Shown piece after piece: positions 1-8,353 of a stretch of DNA of 64,000 bases. Each line of letters begins with the position of its first letter. The stretch's first letter is position 1. The position numbers and the translations under genes were made by a program. This DNA comes from Oligoflexia bacterium. Its GTDB lineage: Bacteria > Bdellovibrionota > UBA1018. The stretch covers positions 1,312,001 through 1,376,000 of the forward strand of contig CAVWVI010000003.1 of the NCBI GenBank assembly GCA_963758495.1, given 5' to 3'. The notes beneath the pieces are model-generated. The model was not told where the DNA came from and did no database searches. It saw nothing but the letters and a program-made list of their open reading frames with translations.

Positions 1-661
1 CACTACTTAAGGCAGTTGAATTGTCATAAATAATAGGGTCCATTAAATCATAAGTGTTACCTATATGAAGTAAACTCATATAATGTCCGAGTTCATGTGC
101 AATTATATTTGGAAATACGCCCACAGAGCCTTCTAGCACGGCACCGAGAGGATAGTCTCCCGGCAAGCTAGTCCAAGCATTCGCCCCGGTGTTGCCAAGT
201 GTTCCATATCGATTCCAACGCCCTGTTGTCACGACGAGTATTTTCGATTCATCGGCAAAACTCTCTCTAATAGCACTCAATTCGCTATCATTTGCAGGAC
301 TATACTCCAAGCCATAGGCAGTCGGATCCACTGCTTGATATTCATCAATCTGAAATCCAATATTACATTGCGCCCAGAGTTTGTTTATAGTTTTGACGTT
401 ATTCAGAGCCTCGTCTTTGGTAACAACAGGTTGCCCACTCGAGTCTTTGTATACGACGTATTTTAACCCTAAACAGAAAAACGTTGGATCATCACTCTGG
501 CACGAAGAGCCCTTCGAAGTTTTTACTTCCAAATCGACTGTTGGAGTTAATGCCGAAATTGAAGCTTGCGCTTTTCCTGGTTGAGATTCCAACTGATTAC
601 AGCCCATTTGCAAAACGCAACACATCAAAGAAATAAAAACTATTCTTACTTGATTCACCAC
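1..661 (-). CDS. Secreted or lipoprotein zinc metalloprotease (metzincin-type), 3' end outside the window
   Basis: Not in the ORF track; translated by hand. GTG at 661 with AGGAGG ~7 nt upstream, hydrophobic N-terminus ending MGC, later IAHELGHYMSLLH (HExxHxxxxxH) followed by a Met-turn-like DLMDP. Confidence 0.75.
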   Translation of the reverse strand, partial: MVNQVRIVFISLMCCVLQMGCNQLESQPGKAQASISALTPTVDLEVKTSKGSSCQSDDPTFFCLGLKYVVYKDSSGQPVVTKDEALNNVKTINKLWAQCNIGFQIDEYQAVDPTAYGLEYSPANDSELSAIRESFADESKILVVTTGRWNRYGTLGNTGANAWTSLPGDYPLGAVLEGSVGVFPNIIAHELGHYMSLLHIGNTYDLMDPIIYDNSTALSS

Positions 662-852
662 TAAGATCTCCTCCTTGAATTTAGCTAAAAACATCTGCTT
701 CAAATCATTTCAAAGCAGATTATTCCAATTCCAAATGTACTTAGCTACAACCTTCGCACGCTAGCCGAAGTTCGACTTTCACTTCAAGAGGAATCTAATG
801 GAATTATTTTTTATTTTATATTTAAGCTGTCTGCTAAAGTAGCCAATTAAAC

Positions 853-2529
853 TTATTTTTTTAAGGATTTAATAAGTAAAACTACTAAAAACATACAAGC
901 TCCAGAAAAATACACTACGGAGGCCAGTGGGTAATTACCAAAACTCTGAAGTGAAGTTTGATTAAGAGCAATGCTGCTCGCAACGAAGAGCCCAGAAATT
1001 AAAATACTCAGACTGAGTCTGCGCCCATTCATATCTAATTGAGTTCGTATTTCTTGAAAATCAGGCGACTTTATTTCAAAAGCAAAGTCGTTGCTATTAA
1101 ATTTTCGAAACATCCATCTGATTTGTCGGGGTAATATTTTAAATAGTGCCGCGACATCTTTTGTCACCCATAAGATTTCTTTACTTAATCGTTGTGCTGA
1201 ATACTGATTTTTGACTAGATCTTTTATCAAATCCTGACCCATCGCGAGTAAATCAAATTCCGAATCTAAGGTTCGACCCATCCCTTCAATTGTCAAAATT
1301 GCCTTAAAAACGAGCATCCAATCGCCAGGGACTTTAATATTAAACTGAGTCGCAATTTTAGTGGCCTCAATCAAAATCTTGCCTACATTAAGGTCTGCTA
1401 GAGATAGCCCAATGTAGGGTGAAAGGCTATTGCGAACTTCACGCTGAAACCCATCAAAATCGATAAATGAAGCTGATGCCCCTAATTCTGCATATTCGTA
1501 ACAGAGATTTTCATAATCTTCCGAAATAAGAGACACAACCATACTGGCAAGTTGATCACGCGATTTTTGAGATAGCCTACCTACAATTCCAAAATCTATA
1601 ATCCCAAGGCGATTCCCAGGCAGAATAAATAAATTTCCACCATGTAAATCGCCATGAAAAAGCCCATCAACCATCACACCTTTAAAAAAGGCTTTAGCAC
1701 CAATCTCAACAATTCTTTTACGATCTATTCCTGCGGCGTCTAGAGCCTTGAGATCATTAACTCTGACACCTACTAGCTTTTCAAGAGTCAGAATTTTATG
1801 TGTTGAAAGCTCCTTGTACACACGCGGTATAACAACATCCGGTACAACTGCCATATTTTCAGCAATTTTTGCCATATTATTGGCTTCGACCACATAGTCC
1901 AGCTCGAACGATAGGGTTCTAAAAAACTCGTTAACAATAGTTGTAGGACCTATGATCCTACTCTCGGGCACATATTTCTCCAAAAGGCCCGCCAAAAATG
2001 CCAGCAACGAAACATCGGTTTCAATAATTTTTTGAATTTCAGGGCGTTGAACTTTGACCACTACATCTTCACCCGTCAGCAACTTCGCCACATGGACTTG
2101 CCCAATGCTCGCGGCTGCCAAAGAGTGAGGATCAAAAAATGAATAGGCATCTTCAATTTTTTTATTGAGCTCTTGTTCAACCGTTGCTCGAACAATATCA
2201 AAGGGAAGAGGATGAACTGAATCTTGAAGCTGAATAAATTCATCAATGAACGCTTCTGGTAAAAGATCTGAACGTGTAGATAAAAGTTGTCCCAATTTTA
2301 CAAAAGTGGGACCTAACTCTTCGAATGATAATCGCAATCGCTCCGGTATGGTTTTATCTCCATGCTGCTCCGCATACGCCGCCAAGCTCGCCGGCAAAAA
2401 TTTGCCCAAACTCATTCGATCTACAATATCTGCAAAACCATGCCGAGATAATACTGCAATAATATGACGTAGCCTCTGAACATTCTTAACTGCTTGCCCG
2501 AGTTGCCTACCTGTCCGAATCCATTTCAT
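853..2529 (-). CDS. AarF/ABC1/UbiB family kinase
   Basis: ELGPTFVKLGQLLSTR, AAASIGQVH, VVVKVQRP, FHGDLHGGN and IDFG motifs; two C-terminal TM helices. Confidence 0.9.
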   Translation of the reverse strand: MKWIRTGRQLGQAVKNVQRLRHIIAVLSRHGFADIVDRMSLGKFLPASLAAYAEQHGDKTIPERLRLSFEELGPTFVKLGQLLSTRSDLLPEAFIDEFIQLQDSVHPLPFDIVRATVEQELNKKIEDAYSFFDPHSLAAASIGQVHVAKLLTGEDVVVKVQRPEIQKIIETDVSLLAFLAGLLEKYVPESRIIGPTTIVNEFFRTLSFELDYVVEANNMAKIAENMAVVPDVVIPRVYKELSTHKILTLEKLVGVRVNDLKALDAAGIDRKRIVEIGAKAFFKGVMVDGLFHGDLHGGNLFILPGNRLGIIDFGIVGRLSQKSRDQLASMVVSLISEDYENLCYEYAELGASASFIDFDGFQREVRNSLSPYIGLSLADLNVGKILIEATKIATQFNIKVPGDWMLVFKAILTIEGMGRTLDSEFDLLAMGQDLIKDLVKNQYSAQRLSKEILWVTKDVAALFKILPRQIRWMFRKFNSNDFAFEIKSPDFQEIRTQLDMNGRRLSLSILISGLFVASSIALNQTSLQSFGNYPLASVVYFSGACMFLVVLLIKSLKK

Positions 2530-2537
2530 AATTTAGC

Positions 2538-4547
2538 CTATTTAATGAGTCCAAAATCAATTTGTCTACGATCTAAATCAGCACGAATTACTTTTACTTG
2601 GACAGTATCTCCAATTTTAAAAGTTCGCCTTTTTCTACGGCCGTAAAAAACCATTCGTTCTTCATTAAATTCATAAAAATCATCCGTCATAGAATCCACA
2701 GAAACCATCCCTTCCACAAAAGGGGTTTGAAGCTGCACAAAAAACCCGCTATCTATCATTCCAACTACCTTAGCCTCAAACTCATCGCCCAATCGCTGAA
2801 TCATAGCCCTCACTTGTTTGACTTTGATTGATTCTCTTTCTGCATCTGCCGCTAATCGTTCTCGATAACTGCAATGTTCACAAATTTCAGCAAGCTCTTT
2901 TTCTAATTTTCCTCTCGCATGATCTTGAATAGTGCGATTTTTCTTACCTTGCGCTCTCAAAGCCATTTTGATTAAGCGATGAACGACCAAGTCTGGATAT
3001 CTTCGAATAGGGCTAGTAAAGTGCGTATAAGCTTCAGAAGCCAAACCAAAGTGAATGCCATGAGTCGAACTATACACCGCTTGTTTCATCGATCGGAGTA
3101 ATGACATATTTAAAAGCGATTGAGCAGGATGTCCTTCCAACTTCCGAATCAACTCAGCGATTACTTTTGGCGATTCTAATCGCTCTAAAAAGACCTGGAC
3201 TCCTACGGTAGCTGCCAAAGCTTGAAATTTCTCCAATGACTGAAGAGAAGGCTCTTCATGAACACGATAAACAAATGGCCAAGCTCTCTCCATCATCCAG
3301 ACCGTGACTGCTTCATTCGCAGCAATCATAAACTCTTCAATCAGGCGATGAGTCCCTATTCGAGCACGATTCAGTATTGAGATCACCTCTCCCGTTGGCT
3401 CTACTTTCACTTCAGCTTCGGGTAACTCAAAATCAATGGATCCTCTTTTCATTCGCATTTTACGCATCGCTTCAAATAGTTGAAAATGCGCTGAAAAGCT
3501 CCAATTTGGGTCGCCTTGATGTTGCTCCCATTCCGATTGAATTTCATTATAAGTAGCACGTCTTTTACTTTCAATGACCGCTTCTATAATACGAGTACTG
3601 AGACGTTTTCCATTTTGATCAAATTTCATTTCAGCTACAAGGGCCAGTCGCGGCTCATGAGGCCGTAAACTACAAAGATTCTCAGAAAGGGCTCGAGGAA
3701 GCATATGGAACGCACGTTCTGGAAAATAAACACTGGTCCCTTTTGAACGAGCTTCTTGATCTAATTGACTTCCCTCTTTAACGTAATGAGATACATCAGC
3801 TATTGCTACCCAGAGGATATAACCCGTTTTGGATTTCTCGACAAAAATGGCATCATCAAAATCCCGCGCCGTTTCACCATCGATTGTAATAAATGGAATT
3901 TCTCGCAAATCTTTACGGTTTTCCAAGTCTTTACCAGGAATCTCCAAACGATGTCGTTCAGCTTCCTGTTCAACACTCTTTGAATGCCCCTCGCTCAAAC
4001 TATATTCGGCAGAAATCATAGCAACATCTGCGCAAGGAGGTAAATCTTGCCCATAAACGTCTAAAATTTCACCTGTTACCGAATATGGCCCCTCATTATG
4101 AAACTGCAGTTTGACACGAACCCAGTCATTGGGGTTCACAGCTTGTAAAACTTTAGGGACGTAGATTTCCTCACGTGCTCGCTTTCTTTCATAGACTACA
4201 AATCCAGCTCGCGTATTTCTACTGTTAAAAGGAGAAAACCGACCTACTACTTCCCGAAAACGATGCTCAATGACTTTCACTCCTTGCACTCGACCAGAAG
4301 AAGTGAGCTGTACTTCTACACGATCACCATGGAAGAGTCCTTCAGCCTCTCGTGGCGAAATAAAGGCATCTTGAATTTTTTTATTTTCAAAAATTAGAAA
4401 GGCGAAACCTTTTCGGTTTTTATCGACAGTCGCCTTAAGTGGGGCAATATCATATTTTCTTGATTTGCCGTCTTTGGCCCTGCCTGCCTTTGATTTTCGA
4501 GCGCGAGTGTGAGATTTTAATGGTCTAGAGTGCTTTTTAGAAGTCAT
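2538..4547 (-). CDS. rnr: Ribonuclease R
   Basis: ITIDGETARDFDDA, HFTSPIRRYPDLVVHR, C-terminal S1 domain; start placed at MTSKKH. Confidence 0.9.
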   Translation of the reverse strand: MTSKKHSRPLKSHTRARKSKAGRAKDGKSRKYDIAPLKATVDKNRKGFAFLIFENKKIQDAFISPREAEGLFHGDRVEVQLTSSGRVQGVKVIEHRFREVVGRFSPFNSRNTRAGFVVYERKRAREEIYVPKVLQAVNPNDWVRVKLQFHNEGPYSVTGEILDVYGQDLPPCADVAMISAEYSLSEGHSKSVEQEAERHRLEIPGKDLENRKDLREIPFITIDGETARDFDDAIFVEKSKTGYILWVAIADVSHYVKEGSQLDQEARSKGTSVYFPERAFHMLPRALSENLCSLRPHEPRLALVAEMKFDQNGKRLSTRIIEAVIESKRRATYNEIQSEWEQHQGDPNWSFSAHFQLFEAMRKMRMKRGSIDFELPEAEVKVEPTGEVISILNRARIGTHRLIEEFMIAANEAVTVWMMERAWPFVYRVHEEPSLQSLEKFQALAATVGVQVFLERLESPKVIAELIRKLEGHPAQSLLNMSLLRSMKQAVYSSTHGIHFGLASEAYTHFTSPIRRYPDLVVHRLIKMALRAQGKKNRTIQDHARGKLEKELAEICEHCSYRERLAADAERESIKVKQVRAMIQRLGDEFEAKVVGMIDSGFFVQLQTPFVEGMVSVDSMTDDFYEFNEERMVFYGRRKRRTFKIGDTVQVKVIRADLDRRQIDFGLIK

Positions 4548-4645
4548 TTGAAGCAATCTTAACCTAATCTGAGTTTTGACACACATCTTTTCAAGAAACC
4601 TAGGAAGTTCTGATATAAAATCAGTAAACAACAAAGGAGAAACGG

Positions 4646-5314
4646 GTGAAAAGGATTTTCGGGGGTACTGAGACTAGAATAGTTAACTATATAGAATCCG
4701 TCTTTCAACCTGAAGATAGGGTTCTCAAAGAGGTACGAGAACGAATGGAACGCCAGGGACTCCCTAGCATTCAAGTTGGCCGAATGGACGGTTTACACTT
4801 GGAAATTCTTACTCGATCGTCAGGCGCTAAAAAGGCTGTTGAAATTGGAACCTTGGGCGGCTATTCAGGCATCAGCATCGCCCGTGGGTTAGGTCCACAT
4901 GGAAAACTATACACCTTTGAACTTGAACAAACTCATGCTGAGTTTGCACGAGAATCCTTTCAAAAGGCAGAAGTTTCAGATCAAATTGACATTTGGGTGG
5001 GCCCAGCTCTCGATAATCTAAATAAAATCAATCCCCACGGACCATTCGACTTGGTCTTTATTGATGCAGACAAAGTCAATTACCCCTATTATTTAAACTG
5101 GGCGGCGGATCATCTGCGGGTAGGTGGCATCGTTTTGGGAGATAATACGTTTGGATGGGGAATGATTGCAGATAGTGAATTTGAAACAGCTGATGAAGAA
5201 GCTGCCATCAAAGGGTTACGAGAATTTAACCTCATGGCATCGCAAGGCGGGCGGTTTCGTTCTACAATTATACCTACAGGCGAAGGACTTACCCTGGGTG
5301 TAAAAATAAAATAA
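4646..5314 (+). CDS. SAM-dependent O-methyltransferase (CCoAOMT/YrrM-like)
   Basis: VEIGTLGGYSG, FDLVFIDADK, GGIVLGDN motifs. Confidence 0.88.
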   Translation: MKRIFGGTETRIVNYIESVFQPEDRVLKEVRERMERQGLPSIQVGRMDGLHLEILTRSSGAKKAVEIGTLGGYSGISIARGLGPHGKLYTFELEQTHAEFARESFQKAEVSDQIDIWVGPALDNLNKINPHGPFDLVFIDADKVNYPYYLNWAADHLRVGGIVLGDNTFGWGMIADSEFETADEEAAIKGLREFNLMASQGGRFRSTIIPTGEGLTLGVKIK

Positions 5315-5359
5315 GAAAGCTATATAAGAACAAAGCGCAAAACGAAGCGAAGAACCCAT

Positions 5360-5764
5360 ATGGATAATACAGAAAAAGATCATCAGATTTTAGTCGTAGA
5401 TGATGACCACGCGATTCGAGAAACTCTCATCGAAGTACTTAAGCTGGAAGGATATCTCCCTACAGGAGCCGCTCATGGAAAAGAAGGACTTCAATACTTA
5501 CAGACTACAAGACCTTGCATAATTTTACTTGATTGGATGATGCCTATTATGAGCGGCGAGGAATTTATGATTTATAAAAATTCAGATCAGTCGTTAGCGA
5601 GTATTCCTGTCATCGTCATTTCTGCTGCTGGAAATATCGAGCGAAAAGCAAATGTGGGCGGTATCGCCGCATTTATTAACAAACCCCTTCATCTGAATGA
5701 GCTCTTCGATAAAATACAAAAATACTGTGACTGCCGTACTCATCCAACTCAGTCGAACCTCTAA
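5360..5764 (+). CDS. Single-domain response regulator (receiver)
   Basis: ILVVDDD, ILLDWMMP, VISA and KP receiver motifs. Confidence 0.88.
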   Translation: MDNTEKDHQILVVDDDHAIRETLIEVLKLEGYLPTGAAHGKEGLQYLQTTRPCIILLDWMMPIMSGEEFMIYKNSDQSLASIPVIVISAAGNIERKANVGGIAAFINKPLHLNELFDKIQKYCDCRTHPTQSNL

Positions 5765-5827
5765 ACCGAAACTCTAAAAGATCATTTCTCTTGGCGCCTC
5801 TGTTGCAGGCTCTATGATGAAAGGAAA

Positions 5828-6442
5828 ATGATCATGGACACTCTAATTAATACGCATCGGAATAGCCCTGCCGGTAGCGAACACCCCACTGTTTATTCAT
5901 GGGAATGGCCTATCGGCATAGGAATTTTCTTAATCATATTAGGAATAGTTGCATTAGCCGCTCCAATCGCGACCTCGGTTGCACTGGCTTGGTTAGTCGG
6001 CGTACTTTTCATTTCAAGTGGAATCGCACAGCTTATTCATGCATTTCGTTGTGCTAGAGAAAGGGGTACTACAGGTAGGTTTTTACTTTCTGCACTGTCA
6101 ATCGCAGCAGGAATTGTCATTATGAGGAATCCATTTTTGGGAACCATAGGAATCACTATGGTTTTAGCTTTTTACTTATTAGTGGGAGCTGTTGGCAAAT
6201 GGTTCCTTGCTTCAGATATGCGCCCTGCCAAAGGGTGGGGATTGCTCTTTGTCAGTTCGATGATTTCTCTCGTGCTCGGAATTCTTCTTATCGTGACTCT
6301 TCCAGCCACTTCACTGATCGTTCCTGGAATTTTCTTAGGAGTGGATTTTATATTTTATGGCTCCTCACTGATCACCTTTGCATTCATTGCGCGAAAAGCA
6401 ATGCATCGATTGACAGAATTTGAGCAGCGCCGGGCGGCATAA
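5828..6442 (+). CDS. HdeD/DUF308 family membrane protein
   Basis: Six hydrophobic segments with the GIxLIILGIxAL..P and SGIAQLI pattern. Confidence 0.75.
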   Translation: MIMDTLINTHRNSPAGSEHPTVYSWEWPIGIGIFLIILGIVALAAPIATSVALAWLVGVLFISSGIAQLIHAFRCARERGTTGRFLLSALSIAAGIVIMRNPFLGTIGITMVLAFYLLVGAVGKWFLASDMRPAKGWGLLFVSSMISLVLGILLIVTLPATSLIVPGIFLGVDFIFYGSSLITFAFIARKAMHRLTEFEQRRAA

Positions 6443-6457
6443 CGTAGCTTGCATATA

Positions 6458-6542
6458 TGGTGCGGGCAAAAGGACTTGAACCTTCACACCTTTCGGCATA
6501 CGACCCTGAATCGTACGTGTCTACCAATTCCACCATGCCCGC
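6458..6542 (-). tRNA. tRNA-Leu (CAG)
   Basis: Reverse complement GCGGGCATGGTGGAATTGGTAGACACGTACGATTCAGGGTCGTATGCCGAAAGGTGTGAAGGTTCAAGTCCTTTTGCCCGCACCA: long variable arm, CAG anticodon, encoded CCA. Confidence 0.95.
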
Positions 6543-6718
6543 AATTTCATGTGAATGGATAGTGCACACCTATATCTTAGTTTAAGAAAATTGAACAGAT
6601 AGTATCTGGCAATTGAAATAGGCTAACAATACCTTAATACCCGATTTAGTTACTAAAGATTACAAAAGTTCGTATGCCTATGAATAAGGGTCTCTTCATT
6701 TAAGAAAGACTCACGCAA

Positions 6719-7209
6719 TTAGGGGTATGTGATTGAGGCGGTGATGGTACCTGTGTACGTTTGATTAACCACATTAGCTGCAATAGCGGGTCTCGTCGCA
6801 CCTATGTGAAAGGTGAGACTACCCGCGTTACTCAATGTATTGGTTCTATCCCCTGACAGCCCTACATCGGATGTCGCGCTACCAACGACCATCGTAGTAA
6901 CACCATCAGCACCGGTCAATGTATACGTATCAGAAAACGTGATCGTGACTGCATGGTTGGGTCACCTACTGCAATAAATTCAGCAGATGCTGCATCCGAC
7001 GGATTCACTGTAAATGCAGATGCCCCTTGAGCAACATCTGCAAACGAAATGTCTCTATCTGAAGCCATCGTTAAGGAAGCGAGGACTCTTTGTGAACAAT
7101 TAGCAGACGCGTTCGCAGAACTATTACCAGCAGGAACAGCATAACTATTCGCTGATGATAGTGACAATACAATTCCTGATACAACTAAAATTCTACATAA
7201 ATTCTTCAT
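6719..7209 (-). pseudogene. Frameshifted tandem paralogue of the DUF4402-like pilin at 7582..8073
   Basis: ORFs 6916..7209 and 6719..6919 match the N- and C-halves of the intact copy. One base is missing near 6957 (GAC CCA AC CAT versus GAG CCA AGT CAT). Confidence 0.8.
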
Positions 7210-7272
7210 ATGATTGACACAACGCCTCTCGAAAGTTTATAAATACCTGATTTAATCACTAAAGTTTACAAA

Positions 7273-7529
7273 CTTCCCGACCGATATAAATTATGAAGGC
7301 AGAAGTTATAAAGGCTGAAGTAACTGGGATTTCATCCTGGAACCGCCTCTCCATAAAACATACGGAGAGACGGTGACCCCAGGGAAATGAGTAAAAGCTG
7401 ACTTCCCGTATTTTTAAGCCTCAAGTGTCCTCAAGTAAGGAGATATAAGGCATGGTTCAAATGATTTTTATTATGAGCGAGGGAGAGAAGGGGGACACAC
7501 CCTCCTTTTCAGCAGTGTGTCCCATCCTT
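7273..7529. other. ~257-bp structured non-coding segment present in only one of the two pilin repeat units
   Basis: Nested inverted repeats (aggct/agcct, gaagt/acttc, cctgg/ccagg, accg/cggt, ctctcc/ggagag; gggacacac/gtgtgtccc). The flanks join directly in the paralogous unit at 6661-6672. Confidence 0.5.
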
Positions 7530-7581
7530 AGTTCGTCTCCCTATGAGTGAGGGTCTCTTTATTTAAGAAAGACTCACGCAA

Positions 7582-8073
7582 TTAGGGATATGTGATTGAG
7601 GTTGTGATGGTACCTGTGTACGTTTGATTAACCATGTTACTTGCAATAGCTGGTCTCGTCGCACCTATGTGAAAGGTGAGATGGCCCGTGTTGTCCAATG
7701 AATTGGTTGTAGCCCCTGACAACCCTACATCGGATGTCGTGCTAGCAAGAACCAACGTAGTAGTACCATCAGTACCGGTCAATGTATACGTATCAGGAAA
7801 CGTGACCGTGACAGCATGACTTGGCTCACCTATTGCGATAAATTCAGCAGATGCTGCATCCGACGGATTCACTGTAAAAGCAGATGCCCCTTGAGCAACA
7901 TCTGCAAATGACATGTCTCTGTCCGAAGTCATCGTTAAGGCAGCGAGGACTCTTTGCGAAGCATTAGCAGACGCGTTCGCAGAACTATTACCAGCAGGAA
8001 CAGCATAACTATTCGCTGATGATAGTGACAATACAATTCCTGATACAACTAAAATTCTACATACGTTCTTCAT
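7582..8073 (-). CDS. Putative major fimbrial subunit (DUF4402 / spore coat U-like)
   Basis: Signal peptide, small Ser/Thr/Ala-rich beta protein, C-terminal TYTGTITTSITYP, downstream of chaperone and usher genes. Confidence 0.7.
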   Translation of the reverse strand: MKNVCRILVVSGIVLSLSSANSYAVPAGNSSANASANASQRVLAALTMTSDRDMSFADVAQGASAFTVNPSDAASAEFIAIGEPSHAVTVTFPDTYTLTGTDGTTTLVLASTTSDVGLSGATTNSLDNTGHLTFHIGATRPAIASNMVNQTYTGTITTSITYP

Positions 8074-8353
8074 ATTATAATTACTCCTGGGTTTAGTTTA
8101 TAACTCGTGATCAATCAGGATAAGACACCTCTCTTGTCATCATCACTAATCAACCCTGCTCATTTTTATTAATGAGCACTTATTCAGACTAATCGATGTA
8201 TTTTTAAATAGTAATTGTGTCCAAATGCACACGCCTTCATCTAACAGCGATAAAGCATGAATTCGAATACTTAGCAAAACTCAATAGAATTACTGTAGAA
8301 TCACTCAACCTAACAAACAGCACTTAAAAAGGGCCCTTTCTTTTGCTTTTCCT

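Noticed and set aside
381..584. + strand 67-aa ORF
   Set aside because: Antisense shadow of the minus-strand metalloprotease gene.
6384..6569. 61-aa ORF over tRNA-Leu
   Set aside because: Spurious translation across the tRNA gene.
7312..7431. Known riboswitch, 6S or SRP RNA
   Set aside because: I could not match the conserved motifs of c-di-GMP, c-di-AMP, SAM, SRP or 6S RNAs by eye; kept only as an unassigned structure.
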